Assembly: GCA_965242725.1 (NCBI GenBank)
Contig: CBDESZ010000027.1
Coordinates: 1 to 64,000 of the forward strand
Source: Alkalispirochaeta sp.
Lineage (GTDB): Bacteria > Spirochaetota > Spirochaetia > DSM-27196 > Alkalispirochaetaceae
Direction of reading: 5' to 3'
DNA: 64,000 bases
The notes under the pieces were generated by a model. The model was given only the letters and a program-made list of their open reading frames with translations. It searched no databases and was not told where the DNA came from. Every line of letters starts with the position of its first letter. Position 1 is the first letter of the stretch. Both the position numbers and the translations under genes were made by a program. This document shows, one piece after another, positions 1-9,995 of this stretch.

Positions 1-807
1 CTGCCGCGGACTGATAGTCGTATTGATGGTATCCGCTAGCCGATGAATTACCGTGGCAACGGTATTGAGACAATTCCCGTCGGGCGTACCCGTCCATTCG
101 TCCATGAAAAACTTCTTGACTTCCAGGGAAAGGACACAGACATTCCCGGGGTACCGGGTGTGGAGGTGATCCGCCAGGTATCCTCCACGAAATCGGACGT
201 TTTCCTTTACCACGGGAGGCGCTCCGCACCGGTCGCTCCCGGCCAGTGTCGAAGATGCGACGCCGATAATGTCGGCCCACCGTTCGGGGTCGGTCATCGT
301 CGCCGTCCCGATATTATAGTCCGGATCGGTCTCAACCGGTGCAGGTGTCGCATCGGGTCCTCCCCGGCGGTGGTTATATGAATGGACATCGAGAACAACG
401 ATCCGGTTGTGAACCTTAAGAAGGGAACCGATCAGGACATCAACGTCGTGATAAAACCGGTCATGGAGCTCATAGGAGGCGTCGAATACGGCATCGTGTA
501 TCGGTTTTCGCCAGACGTCCAGACCCCATGCGTCTGCGGGCTCGCGGTAGACAGCTTTGGATCGCGGCCGATTCAGATCGCACTCGAATCTCGACCGGTG
601 CACGACGATCCGGGTATACGCCGTGGAACGGGGAAGAAAGAGATCGGTAAAGGGATCTTCTTCCCGCAATCGCTCCTCCGACGAAAGGGCAAACAGATCC
701 TCCAGACCCTCCCTGACGGAGTGTCCGGCGTGAATGGCGGTACATACGACCGGTCCGGATCCGGTTTCTATCGTCCAGGCTCTGTCTGCCCGTGATGTGC
801 TGGTCAT
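1..807 (-). CDS. N-formylglutamate amidohydrolase family protein (3' end runs off window)
   Basis: Not in the ORF track. Manual translation from ATG 807: MTSTSRADRAWTIETGSGPVVCTAIHAGHSVR...REEDPFTD...HRSRFECDLNRPR...VVLDVHSYNHRR...ENVRFRGGY...LEVKKFFMDEW. These are typical FGase motifs, and the frame is open to position 1. Confidence 0.85.
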   Translation of the reverse strand, partial: MTSTSRADRAWTIETGSGPVVCTAIHAGHSVREGLEDLFALSSEERLREEDPFTDLFLPRSTAYTRIVVHRSRFECDLNRPRSKAVYREPADAWGLDVWRKPIHDAVFDASYELHDRFYHDVDVLIGSLLKVHNRIVVLDVHSYNHRRGGPDATPAPVETDPDYNIGTATMTDPERWADIIGVASSTLAGSDRCGAPPVVKENVRFRGGYLADHLHTRYPGNVCVLSLEVKKFFMDEWTGTPDGNCLNTVATVIHRLADTINTTISPRQ

Positions 808-867
808 GCTTCTATATATACCGACGCGAACGCCGCGGCAAGTAAGGCGGCCGGAAGTTTCCAAAGG

Positions 868-1788
868 TTACCAGTCGAATACAAGGCGTATCCCCCATCC
901 TATGAGGGTTTCCGGTGAGGATTCGCCGACAACTTCCTCCGTATCACCTGATCGATAGGCGGACAGAAAAGACTCGATCCGGCGGTGCGGTGTATTCCCC
1001 GCCGGCCCGCCCTCGATGGATAAGCCCAGCTCGCCGATGCTGTCCCAGTCGACCCCTCCATCTCTCACGAAGAGGAGGTCCAACCCGCCTGAGGCGAATA
1101 CCGCAATATTGAAGGACGACGGCACACTGCCGAGAATCCGACGGTATTCCGCCGACATCTGTACCGTCCAGGTTGACCGGGGATCGGGAATGGAGCTGCC
1201 CCAGAAGGCAAAGAGACGACTCCATCTCAGCCGGAGCAGTGTGTCCAGGTGGCCCCGCCCCAGAGGGATCGCCATGACACCAACCCCGCCTCTGATGATA
1301 TCCGTCGCCGGTTCAGCAAAGCGGCTGCGCAACGGGTGGAAACTCCTTCGACCGTATTCTCCGACCACGTCGAGGATACCGAGAGAAGCTCTCCAGGTAA
1401 GTCCGTATTCGTACTGCACGGCGTTCATAAGCCACGGTGCAAGGTCGGAACCCTGTCGTGACGGATCGTCAACGGGGCCGGTGAAGAGGTATGTGCCGTA
1501 ATACAGACCGATCCGCTGGACACCGAAGTCGACGACTCCCGTATGGAGATACTGGCCGATAAGAAAGGTATCGTTTTCTCCTTCCCGAAGGGCGTGGGAA
1601 ACATAGCTGAGGTCGCCGTACATCGCCGGAATGAGGGCAAATCCGTCGGGAGGTGTCCCCGGCAGCACCGCCCGGGGCCGTTCTATCATGTCCCGCGCCG
1701 CCGTCGGCAACAGGGACATGAACATGAAAAGAAGGAGAAACAGCGGAAGAGCGTGAGACTTATTCGGGATCGACGATATTGACGGCAT
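868..1788 (-). CDS. Hypothetical exported protein, possible outer-membrane beta-barrel
   Basis: 306-aa ORF with hydrophobic signal peptide (LFLLLFMFMSLLPTAA), amphipathic beta-like segments and C-terminal GWGIRLVFDW. Confidence 0.6.
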   Translation of the reverse strand: MPSISSIPNKSHALPLFLLLFMFMSLLPTAARDMIERPRAVLPGTPPDGFALIPAMYGDLSYVSHALREGENDTFLIGQYLHTGVVDFGVQRIGLYYGTYLFTGPVDDPSRQGSDLAPWLMNAVQYEYGLTWRASLGILDVVGEYGRRSFHPLRSRFAEPATDIIRGGVGVMAIPLGRGHLDTLLRLRWSRLFAFWGSSIPDPRSTWTVQMSAEYRRILGSVPSSFNIAVFASGGLDLLFVRDGGVDWDSIGELGLSIEGGPAGNTPHRRIESFLSAYRSGDTEEVVGESSPETLIGWGIRLVFDW

Positions 1789-2773
1789 TTGTCTGTATTT
1801 TCATGCGCAGGGGGAAGTCCTCCCGACGCAACCACATCGCTTCACCGTCCATCTGAAGGGGTAACGTTCCGTCATACTCAATCACCATCTCTTCCGCGGA
1901 ATACATCGTCGTAATTTCTTCTTCCACATGGCGTCCGGCGTAAAACAGGCTTTTCATGCGAAACTTGTCCAGCAGATTGGCCGTTCCGAGAACGCAGACG
2001 TTTTCCTTCCCCGGCAATACACGCATGTGATCACCGTACGTCCGATATCCGGTTACACCCATGGCAACGAGAGTTCGCCTTCTGTGGCCATCGTCCACAG
2101 GTTTTGCGGAACCGGTTGTCTCCGGGGAAGATACGGTAAGTTTCAGTTTCGACGGACCAAGTTTCACGAGGCGTTCATACCGAAGCACCGCCAGATTCAC
2201 CAGGAGCCGATAGGTATTGCCCGGCAGGATGGCGCGCCACTTGTCGTGCATCGCCGTGATAAATGCGTCAATTCCGACGGAGGCGATGTTAAATGCCGCC
2301 TCGGGTGTCCCGTTTCCTCCCCCGTTGCGAAGGACCTTCACCGCAGGAATCGGTCGCTCCCGCAGGGGATGATTCAGGGCGGCAAGAAATTCCTTGAGGG
2401 AGGCGGTCGCACCGGCGTCATTACCGCTTCCCAGAGGAACCCGCAGAAAAGCGATTCCGTCGGCCCCTTCCATACCCGCCCGGAGACAATGGTTGTGCGT
2501 CCCGTCGCCTCCAAGACTGACGACAATTGTCGGAGCCGAGAGGGCATGAATCGCCTTCCTCGCCTCCTCGGGACCTCCGGTCCAGTGGATTGTCGGATTT
2601 GTCTCTATCGCATGCTCTTCGTAGTGAGACGCAACGGTTACGGTTCGGTGGTGGCGATAATGCGTCCCCGCATGAGGGTTGGCGATATATATGCGGTCTC
2701 GGTCGGGAAAGGATCGTGCCACTGCGTTGTCAATGACGGAAACGATACGCTCAACGGCGTGACGATATTCCAT
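1760..2773 (-). CDS. Diacylglycerol/lipid kinase family protein (YegS/DgkB-like)
   Basis: Motifs NPHAG, SLGGDGT, PLGSGND, FNIASVGIDA, QMDGE; start could be 2803. Confidence 0.85.
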   Translation of the reverse strand: MEYRHAVERIVSVIDNAVARSFPDRDRIYIANPHAGTHYRHHRTVTVASHYEEHAIETNPTIHWTGGPEEARKAIHALSAPTIVVSLGGDGTHNHCLRAGMEGADGIAFLRVPLGSGNDAGATASLKEFLAALNHPLRERPIPAVKVLRNGGGNGTPEAAFNIASVGIDAFITAMHDKWRAILPGNTYRLLVNLAVLRYERLVKLGPSKLKLTVSSPETTGSAKPVDDGHRRRTLVAMGVTGYRTYGDHMRVLPGKENVCVLGTANLLDKFRMKSLFYAGRHVEEEITTMYSAEEMVIEYDGTLPLQMDGEAMWLRREDFPLRMKIQTNAVNIVDPE

Positions 2774-3419
2774 AAGCCTCCTCAAGAATTGCGGAAATTC
2801 CAAGCAGCTCTTCCCGGTTGGTTACCAGTATTCCGTAGCCGCCGCGTTCAATCATCGGGGCAAGATCGACGTCATATCGGTCGCCTATCATCACCGTCTC
2901 TCCAACGGCAAGGGAGAGGGCGTCGAGAATATGCTGAAATGGAGGCCATGACGGTTTGCTCTCACCGCTGCAGTCAAGACCGGTGACGTGTTCAAAATAA
3001 TCGCCGATACCGAGACACCGTAGCGTACGCAAGCCGATGTCGCGGGGGTTGTTTGTAAGGGCGGCGAGACGGTAGGAACCGCTGAGAAGAGCCATCATGC
3101 CCGCGAGGTCGTCGTCCCTGCGGAGGTATCGTTCCGGGTGGATCTCTTCTTTCCGCCAGGTAATGCTCTCGGAAATCGGCACGCCCAGTGCCGCAAGCGT
3201 ATTGGCCAGGGATGGTCGCCTTCCTTCATCGCGGATCAATCTCTGTCGCTCGGCCTCGACAAGGGATTGCGCATCCGCATCGGAAATCCTGCGGTGTCGG
3301 GCAAAGCGGTGTATCTGGCCTGCAATCTGCCCTTCCCCGTACTCCCGGTGGTGATACAACGTGTTATCGATATCAAAGAGGAGCGCCCGGGGCTTATCGG
3401 GAGGCAATTGCGTTTTCAT
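2751..3419 (-). CDS. HAD-superfamily hydrolase
   Basis: Motif I FDIDNTLY, LTNN, SKP, MIGDRYDVD. Confidence 0.9.
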   Translation of the reverse strand: MKTQLPPDKPRALLFDIDNTLYHHREYGEGQIAGQIHRFARHRRISDADAQSLVEAERQRLIRDEGRRPSLANTLAALGVPISESITWRKEEIHPERYLRRDDDLAGMMALLSGSYRLAALTNNPRDIGLRTLRCLGIGDYFEHVTGLDCSGESKPSWPPFQHILDALSLAVGETVMIGDRYDVDLAPMIERGGYGILVTNREELLGISAILEEAYGISSRR

Positions 3420-3939
3420 AGATCATCTGTGTGTACGGCCGCTCTTCCAACGCCGACTCGGATATGCCGAGACGACGAAGGAGGGAAAAAAGCCGCTTTC
3501 GTGCGGTATCCGCCGCATCCGCATCGCTGCCGTCCGGCAGAATCAGCTCCAGTTCCAGAAAGCGGCCGAGGTCGTTGACATCACTTACCTCCACGGTTAT
3601 GCCGTCCACCAGCCACGTCGTTCCGACTTTCCGCTTTTCCACGACGATGTCAAAACCGAGCTCCCTGACAAATCGACAGAACGCTTCGTCGTCGGAGACT
3701 TCAAACTCAGTTTCCTCGTTTTCCTCGGTGGAGTCTTTTATCTTTCTCTTCTTGAAGGTGCACAGGAACGCTCCCTCGTCCCGGCGAAGACGAAAGAGCG
3801 ACCGCTCCGGATTGTCGGGAAGACCGAAGTATCGGTCCCATTTGTCGTATTGCCGCTGAAAGGAACCGAGGCGATTAAGTTCACGGGACAATCCGTCGGG
3901 ATCATCAACGCGGGCCTTCAGTTCAACCTCGATTCCCAT
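3394..3939 (-). CDS. cyaB: CYTH domain protein / class IV adenylate cyclase
   Basis: EVELKARV, DRYF, FRLR, NEETEF, VEKRK, LGRFLELE motifs. Confidence 0.85.
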   Translation of the reverse strand: MGIEVELKARVDDPDGLSRELNRLGSFQRQYDKWDRYFGLPDNPERSLFRLRRDEGAFLCTFKKRKIKDSTEENEETEFEVSDDEAFCRFVRELGFDIVVEKRKVGTTWLVDGITVEVSDVNDLGRFLELELILPDGSDADAADTARKRLFSLLRRLGISESALEERPYTQMIYENAIASR

Positions 3940-3953
3940 ACTACGGCAACCGC

Positions 3954-4700
3954 TTATTTCGCTTTTCCCTGGTTGGCGACGGCCGCCGCCTTTGCCGCTA
4001 TTGCTTCCTGATCGCCGAGATAGTAGTGGCGAATGGGTTTCAGTTCTTCGTCCAGTTCATACACCAGGGGCACACCGGTGGGAATGTTGAGTCCCACGAT
4101 CTCTTCGTCACTGATGTTGTCCAGATACTTTACGAGGGCGCGAAGACTGTTTCCGTGAGCGGCAATAATAATGCGCTTTCCCGATCGGATTGAAGGCGCG
4201 ATCGTTTCATGCCAGAGGGGCAGAAAGCGTTCCACCGTATCTTTCAGACACTCCGTCGCGGGCAATTCGTCCTCGCTCAGGGAGACGTATCGAGGGTCAT
4301 TTCCGGGGTGGCGTGTATCGGACGGATCCAGCGCGGGCGGCGGCGTGTCGTAACTGCGACGCCATATTTTGACCTGCTCTTCACCGTGTTTTTCCGCCGT
4401 CTCCGCCTTGTTCAACCCCTGCAGGGCACCGTAATGCCGTTCATTGAGGCGCCAGTCCTTTTCAACGGGAATCCACACAAGGTCCATCTTGTTGAGGGCA
4501 ATGTGGAGGGTGTTGATAGCCCGTTTGAGAACGGAGGTGTAGGCGAGGTCAAAGACAAATCCCTCAGCCTTCATGATCTCGCCGGCCGATTTTCCTTCCT
4601 CTTCACCCTGGGCGGTGAGATCAACATCGGTCCAGCCGGTAAACCTGTTTTCCTTGTTCCACACGCTTTCACCGTGGCGCAGTAATACAACTTTGTACAT
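3954..4700 (-). CDS. gpmA: 2,3-bisphosphoglycerate-dependent phosphoglycerate mutase
   Basis: [36 protein letters not shown] upstream of ATG 4700. Confidence 0.97.
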   Translation of the reverse strand: MYKVVLLRHGESVWNKENRFTGWTDVDLTAQGEEEGKSAGEIMKAEGFVFDLAYTSVLKRAINTLHIALNKMDLVWIPVEKDWRLNERHYGALQGLNKAETAEKHGEEQVKIWRRSYDTPPPALDPSDTRHPGNDPRYVSLSEDELPATECLKDTVERFLPLWHETIAPSIRSGKRIIIAAHGNSLRALVKYLDNISDEEIVGLNIPTGVPLVYELDEELKPIRHYYLGDQEAIAAKAAAVANQGKAK

Positions 4701-4776
4701 CTTATCCACTCCTTGTTCGGTTGCGTCGAGCTTAGCTGATGGCCATTGAGGTGTCAACGCGAGATACCGCCGGCTC

Positions 4777-6021
4777 TCAACCGAGGATGGACTGCACCCT
4801 GTCCAGTGCGTCGATAAACCTGTCGATTTCCTCTCTCGTGTTGTAGAGGTAAAACGACGCCCGTACGGTGCCCGTCACGCCGTAGTGGCTCATCAGCGGC
4901 TGGGCGCAGTGAAAGCCGGTCCGCACCGCGATACCCTGCTGGTCAAGGAGGGTACCCACGTCATTGGGATGGGCACCCTCAACGTTAAAGGAGACGATTC
5001 CCGCTCGGCTCCGTTCGGCCGAACCGCTGCCGGGCGTCGGTCCGTAGAGGGTGATACCCGGCTTTCCGGCAAGGGCGTCGGACATATGCCGGAAGAGCTC
5101 CTCCTCATGTTCAAGGACGTTCCCGAGTCCGATTTCCATGAGGAACTCCGCGGCCGCCCCCATTCCGATCGCGCCGGCGATGTGGGGCGTCCCTCCCTCG
5201 AATCGCTCGGGAATACGCGCCCAGGTTGCGCCCTCCAGGGTCACCCGGGAGATCATATCACCCCCGAACATCACCGGTTCCATCTCTTCCAGCGCGTCCG
5301 TACGCCCGTAGAGGGCGCCAATACCGGTGGGGCCGCACATCTTATGGCCCGAAAAGGCGAGAAAATCACATTCAAGTGCAGCGACGTCCGTCGGGTGATG
5401 GGAAACGTACTGCGCACCGTCAAGAAGCACTCGCGCACCGACGTCGTGGGCCCGCTCGATGATGTACTCAATCGGCGGTGTGTACCCCGTCACATTGGAC
5501 ATCGCCGATATCGCGACGATCTTCGTTCGATCCGTAATCGCTGCATCGACCGCATCGGTGGTGATTGCCCCCTCGGGAGTAAGGGCAATATACCGCAGAG
5601 AGGCACCGCTCCGCGCCGCAAGCTGCTGCCAGGGAACGATGTTGGAATGGTGGTCCAGAGGGCTGATGACAATTTCGTCGGTGCGTTGAACGTGGGCGTT
5701 TCCCCACCCGGCGGCAACCATATTAATGGAATCCGTCGCACCCCTGGTGAAAATGACTTCCCCGTCGACGACGCCGATAAAGCGTTTCAATGATTCCCGG
5801 GCGCGATCATACGCCATCGTGGCGCGGCCGCTCATTTCATAGACACCGCGATGAATATTTGCGCTGTACTCCCGGTAGTATTCTCCCAGGGCGTCGATGA
5901 CAGACTCCGGTTTCAGGGAGGTCGCGCTATTGTCAAAATATATGAGATCGTGTCCACGCATCGTTTCCGATAATGCGGGAAACTGATCGCGGATACGCTG
6001 AAGATTGAGCGTCTTTGTCAT
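4777..6021 (-). CDS. sufS: Cysteine desulfurase, SufS type
   Basis: [27 protein letters not shown] (PLP Lys), RTGFHCAQP (catalytic Cys). Confidence 0.93.
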   Translation of the reverse strand: MTKTLNLQRIRDQFPALSETMRGHDLIYFDNSATSLKPESVIDALGEYYREYSANIHRGVYEMSGRATMAYDRARESLKRFIGVVDGEVIFTRGATDSINMVAAGWGNAHVQRTDEIVISPLDHHSNIVPWQQLAARSGASLRYIALTPEGAITTDAVDAAITDRTKIVAISAMSNVTGYTPPIEYIIERAHDVGARVLLDGAQYVSHHPTDVAALECDFLAFSGHKMCGPTGIGALYGRTDALEEMEPVMFGGDMISRVTLEGATWARIPERFEGGTPHIAGAIGMGAAAEFLMEIGLGNVLEHEEELFRHMSDALAGKPGITLYGPTPGSGSAERSRAGIVSFNVEGAHPNDVGTLLDQQGIAVRTGFHCAQPLMSHYGVTGTVRASFYLYNTREEIDRFIDALDRVQSILG

Positions 6022-6043
6022 ATATACATGATACCCAATATCA

Positions 6044-6080
6044 AAATAAAAAAAAAGCGCAGGAACGTTCCTGCGCTTTT
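6044..6080 (-). terminator. Intrinsic terminator of sodA
   Basis: Perfect inverted repeat AAAAGCGCAGGA-acgt-TCCTGCGCTTTT followed by a long U-run on the minus strand. Confidence 0.85.
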
Positions 6081-6102
6081 CGCTGCATGCAACCGTTCCC
6101 GG

Positions 6103-6708
6103 TTACCGGGCGGCCTTGTAGTTCTTTTCAACCTCGTCCCAATTGACAACGTTGAAGAAGGCGTCGATATATTCGGCCCGTCGGTTCTGATACTTCAGGT
6201 AGTAGGCGTGTTCCCACACGTCGAGTCCGAGAATCGGCGTCTTCCCCTCGCTCAGGGGACTGTCCTGGTTGGGTGTACTGGTGATTTCAAGCTTGCCTTT
6301 GTTTACGACCAGCCACGCCCAACCGCTGCCGAACCGTCCAGTCGCAGCAGAGGAAAACTGTTCCTTGAACGCTGAAAAACTTCCGAAGGTGCTCTTGATG
6401 GCGTCACCGACAGCGCCCGTCGGTTCTCCCCCGCCCTTGGGGCTGAGTATTTTCCAGAACAGGGCGTGGTTGACGTGTCCGCCCCCTGCATTGCGCACCG
6501 CCGTCTTGATAGAGTCGGGAAGAGAGTTCACCTTGGCGACGAGCGCTTCGGCGTCTTCCTTTTCGTATTCCGTTCCTTCCACCGCCCCATTCAGCTTGGT
6601 GGTATACCCGACGTGATGTTTGTCGTGATGGACCCGCATCGTCGCTTCATCGATATGAGGTTCCAGTGCGTTATATGCATACGGTAAATCTGGTGTTGTA
6701 TATGCCAT
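6103..6708 (-). CDS. sodA: Superoxide dismutase, Mn-type signature
   Basis: [26 protein letters not shown]; strong SD AAGGAGG. Confidence 0.95.
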   Translation of the reverse strand: MAYTTPDLPYAYNALEPHIDEATMRVHHDKHHVGYTTKLNGAVEGTEYEKEDAEALVAKVNSLPDSIKTAVRNAGGGHVNHALFWKILSPKGGGEPTGAVGDAIKSTFGSFSAFKEQFSSAATGRFGSGWAWLVVNKGKLEITSTPNQDSPLSEGKTPILGLDVWEHAYYLKYQNRRAEYIDAFFNVVNWDEVEKNYKAAR

Positions 6709-6746
6709 TTCATTCCTCCTTCAATGTCGAAGAAATTACTAAGAAA

Positions 6747-7754
6747 TCATTGAAAAGGCAAATACATCCCCTCGTCCGGGAGCGCTCCACCTACCGATCG
6801 CGGCTCGCTTTCATACAGAATCCGGAAATACTCCTGCAGCCGTCCTTTTGCTTCAACGGCGGGAACATATTCCACATTGAACCGGGGGAGTGCCTCAGTG
6901 ATCACCTCTCCGGGCAGCCCGAGTTGCGCCTGAGTCGCCAATTCTCCTCCCCGTTGGGGATCGGCGATCATGGTCGCCCACCCCGTACGTATCGCATCAA
7001 GCGCATCACGTACCGCATCAGGATGGTTTTCGGCAACCTCCCGTCGAACCAGGACCACCGTCTGGGGATAGCTCGTTCCGTACAGTTCGCGCCAGGCGTC
7101 CTGAAAGTCCAGCCGAATTGAAAGATCGTTCCGTCGTGAAAGTGCCTGCGTCACAAACGGTTCCGGAAGCACCGCTGTGTCCACCTCACCTGCGGCGACC
7201 ATTTGCGCCAGCTCAACGTGACCAAGTCGGTAGTCAAGGGTCACATCCCGATCCGGATCGATTCCGTTGGCGTCCAGAATGTGACGCAGCATGATGTCGG
7301 GACCGGCGCCACGGCTTATCGCATGCACCGTATGCCCCGCAAGATCGGTCCAGTCGGTAATGGTCTCGTCGCTACTTACGATGTAAAGCAGTCCCCAAAG
7401 GGTAACCGCTCCGATCTGCACGGGAATGCCGCGATTGTAGAGCTGCGCCGCGACGTTGGACGGAAGCATGCCCACATCGATTTCTCCCGAGGCGAGGCGC
7501 CCCACCATGACGCTCGGCTCCGGAACAATTTCAACGGCTATTCGTGCGTGTTCACCCTGCACGCCCTCGCCGGCGATGATCGGGGCCATTCCAACCCCGG
7601 TGGGTCCGCGCAACGCGGCGACGACAATGTCGACGCGGTCGTCAGCGGCCGTCGCGGCGGAGTTGGACCGTTGCTGTGCCGACAGTGAACCGACGGCCAG
7701 CGTCAAAAGGATTGCCCCCATTGCAGCGAGGACGTTCCGAGAAAAACCTTTCAT
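6747..7754 (-). CDS. ABC transporter substrate-binding protein (NitT/TauT/SsuA-like)
   Basis: Signal peptide; LRGPTG, LPSNVAAQLYN, GAGPD, AVLPEPF, YPQT pattern of periplasmic binding protein type 2. Confidence 0.8.
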   Translation of the reverse strand: MKGFSRNVLAAMGAILLTLAVGSLSAQQRSNSAATAADDRVDIVVAALRGPTGVGMAPIIAGEGVQGEHARIAVEIVPEPSVMVGRLASGEIDVGMLPSNVAAQLYNRGIPVQIGAVTLWGLLYIVSSDETITDWTDLAGHTVHAISRGAGPDIMLRHILDANGIDPDRDVTLDYRLGHVELAQMVAAGEVDTAVLPEPFVTQALSRRNDLSIRLDFQDAWRELYGTSYPQTVVLVRREVAENHPDAVRDALDAIRTGWATMIADPQRGGELATQAQLGLPGEVITEALPRFNVEYVPAVEAKGRLQEYFRILYESEPRSVGGALPDEGMYLPFQ

Positions 7755-7808
7755 GATTCCTCCAATGAAATTGAGTAAGCAGATATCTGCGCGAGCGGCA
7801 GGCGCCGT

Positions 7809-8996
7809 CTACCGCGCTCTGATTTCTTCAAGTTTGCGACGGTCCCACCGTTCACGAACGGCAGTATCCACCGTCTCCGCAAAATCCGTATCGTTCAGGA
7901 TCACCGCACCCCGGAGGGTGTCGTCCCGGTCCCAGTAGTAGGCGTAATATCTGTTGCCGACTTCAAACTCTTCAATATCGTATTCCCACGGTGCGGCAGG
8001 CTTTCCGACCGAGAATATGTCCACTCCGAATATCGAGGTTTTCAGGGGAAACTGCCTGTTTTCATAGACGGCGTCACCACCGGCGGCGTTTGTCCCGGCC
8101 ACCGCTCCCTGAGCGGCGGCCTCATCCCAGAGAAAACTGATCCTCCCGTCGGGTAGCTCGGCACAGTCGCCGGCGGCAAAAACGGCGGGATCGTCGGTAC
8201 GGAGGGTATCGTCCACTTTAATGCCCCTCGCAACGGTGAGTCCCGCGTCTTCGGCAATGACAACGCGGGAGGTGACGCCTATGCAGAAAATGACCATATC
8301 GTAGTGAGCCGAGTGTTTCAGCATTTCCACGGACCATGAGTGTTTCTTGTTCTGCTCAAAGGAGATGATCTCTTCCTGGAAGTAGAGCTTCAGCGCTTTA
8401 GAGGTCATCGCCTCTTCCAGAAGCTCCCCGGCCCTGGCGCTCAATTGTCGCGGTATCAACTGCGGAGTGGCGCCCGCGAGGGATACCGATTTCCCCTGCT
8501 GCACGAGCTGATACGCCACCTCCACCGCAAGGACACCCATTCCCGCAACGAGAATCGTCTTTGCCTTTCCGATCTTCTGCTGCACTTCCCGGACATCCCG
8601 TGCGTTTCTAACGACAAAAAAGGAGCCTCGTTCATGATGTCGAATGACTTTGGGGAAGAGCGGTTCCGCTCCCGTTGCGATGACGGCGGCGCCGTATCCG
8701 ACCGTTCCGTCCTCAAGGGAAATGACCTTGTTTGTACGGTCTATGCGCGCCGCCCGCATCCCGTCGATACGATCGATCCCTTGTTCCGCAAACCACCCCT
8801 CGTCCTTGAGGGGTTTCGCAAGGTCGCCGTTTCGTATGTCAAAGGATTTTGAGAGCAGCGTCCGGTCATAGGGAGGGGTGTCTTCATCGTTAATGAGCAG
8901 AATCGACGCGGTCGGGCTTGTTTCTCTGGCGGCCGCAGCTGCTGAAAAACCGGCACTCCCCGCTCCAATAACAACCACGTCATAATTACGACTCAT
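7809..8996 (-). CDS. FAD-dependent NAD(P)H oxidoreductase (rubredoxin-reductase/NirB-like)
   Basis: GAGSAG, PYDRTLLSK, IATGA, VFAAGDCAE. Confidence 0.85.
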   Translation of the reverse strand: MSRNYDVVVIGAGSAGFSAAAAARETSPTASILLINDEDTPPYDRTLLSKSFDIRNGDLAKPLKDEGWFAEQGIDRIDGMRAARIDRTNKVISLEDGTVGYGAAVIATGAEPLFPKVIRHHERGSFFVVRNARDVREVQQKIGKAKTILVAGMGVLAVEVAYQLVQQGKSVSLAGATPQLIPRQLSARAGELLEEAMTSKALKLYFQEEIISFEQNKKHSWSVEMLKHSAHYDMVIFCIGVTSRVVIAEDAGLTVARGIKVDDTLRTDDPAVFAAGDCAELPDGRISFLWDEAAAQGAVAGTNAAGGDAVYENRQFPLKTSIFGVDIFSVGKPAAPWEYDIEEFEVGNRYYAYYWDRDDTLRGAVILNDTDFAETVDTAVRERWDRRKLEEIRAR

Positions 8997-9053
8997 TCAT
9001 CCACCTCACTCCGTCTTGTCGAATGTAGCATGCCCCTCTATACTCATGCAACG

Positions 9054-9995
9054 ATGTCGGATTACAACGTTACCTTTGCCGGCCTTCCCATGGAAAGCCC
9101 TATCATCATAGAGACGACCAGCGATTTCCTTGAGGTCGACGTCGCCGACCGGTGCCGCGAAAGCGGAGCGGGAGGAGTGCTCTTTCCCGTTCTCAATGAA
9201 GAGCGCCTGAACCGGGTACTCGCCGACGACGAACTTACCGAGCATAACAGGAATGACCGTACAAACCGCGATTCCCAGCGGGTATTACGCAGCCTGAATA
9301 TCGACGAGTACATGGACGCCCTTGAAGAGATGGCGCGCCACCTCGATATTCCCGTCATCGGCGCGCTGCAGTGTGATCGCAAGGGTCAATGGTTTTCCCT
9401 CGCCCATCTCATGAAAGAAGCGGGCGCACAGGCGGTGGAAATTCGTCCCTATCGGCATGACGTGCATCGCCACCTCAGAAGTGACCAGATTGAAAAGGCG
9501 ATTCTCCGCATCGCCGCCTCCATTTCCGACAGGGTGGATATTCCCCTCATCGTCCGTGTTCCCGCGTTCATGCATGGTCTGCATCCCTTTATGCATGCCC
9601 TTGGAGAAACGGGAGCGGCAGCGGTCGTCATAGAACCTCCCGAAATCGTCCGACCCGTCGACGCGGAGGCGCTCAAGCTGATGACTGCCGTGGATGACCG
9701 GGGCGCGTTCATGACCTCCCTGTCGACGTGCCGCGCCCTGTACCGGAGGATCAATACCCATATCGCGGTACAGGTACCCCGGGATAGTGCTTCAACTCTC
9801 GTCACGGCGCTCATCGGCGGTGCGACCGCGGTTACCCTGCCCGTCGACGGCACGGACCGGGACGAGACACCCGAGCTGGTCCGGCGGTACGGCACCTATC
9901 TCAAAAAATGGATGACCACCCATTCATTTACCAATCTCTTTGAGTTCCGCGGGCTGGTAAGCGAGTCCCGCCTCCAGAGTTCCCTTGAGAATTAG
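9054..9995 (+). CDS. Dihydroorotate dehydrogenase-like protein (divergent)
   Basis: N-terminal VTFAGLPMESPII, GAGGVLFPVLNEE, DIPVIGAL and C-terminal WMTTHSFTNLFEFRG match the DHOD-like family; promoter TTGTCG-N17-TATACT just upstream. Confidence 0.65.
   Translation: MSDYNVTFAGLPMESPIIIETTSDFLEVDVADRCRESGAGGVLFPVLNEERLNRVLADDELTEHNRNDRTNRDSQRVLRSLNIDEYMDALEEMARHLDIPVIGALQCDRKGQWFSLAHLMKEAGAQAVEIRPYRHDVHRHLRSDQIEKAILRIAASISDRVDIPLIVRVPAFMHGLHPFMHALGETGAAAVVIEPPEIVRPVDAEALKLMTAVDDRGAFMTSLSTCRALYRRINTHIAVQVPRDSASTLVTALIGGATAVTLPVDGTDRDETPELVRRYGTYLKKWMTTHSFTNLFEFRGLVSESRLQSSLEN

Noticed and set aside
1928..2986. Long antisense ORFs (also 4885-5793, 16076-17104, 17198-18154, 36917-37903, 55417-56235, 56785-57618)
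   Set aside because: Shadows of well-supported genes on the opposite strand in GC-rich DNA, with no recognisable motifs
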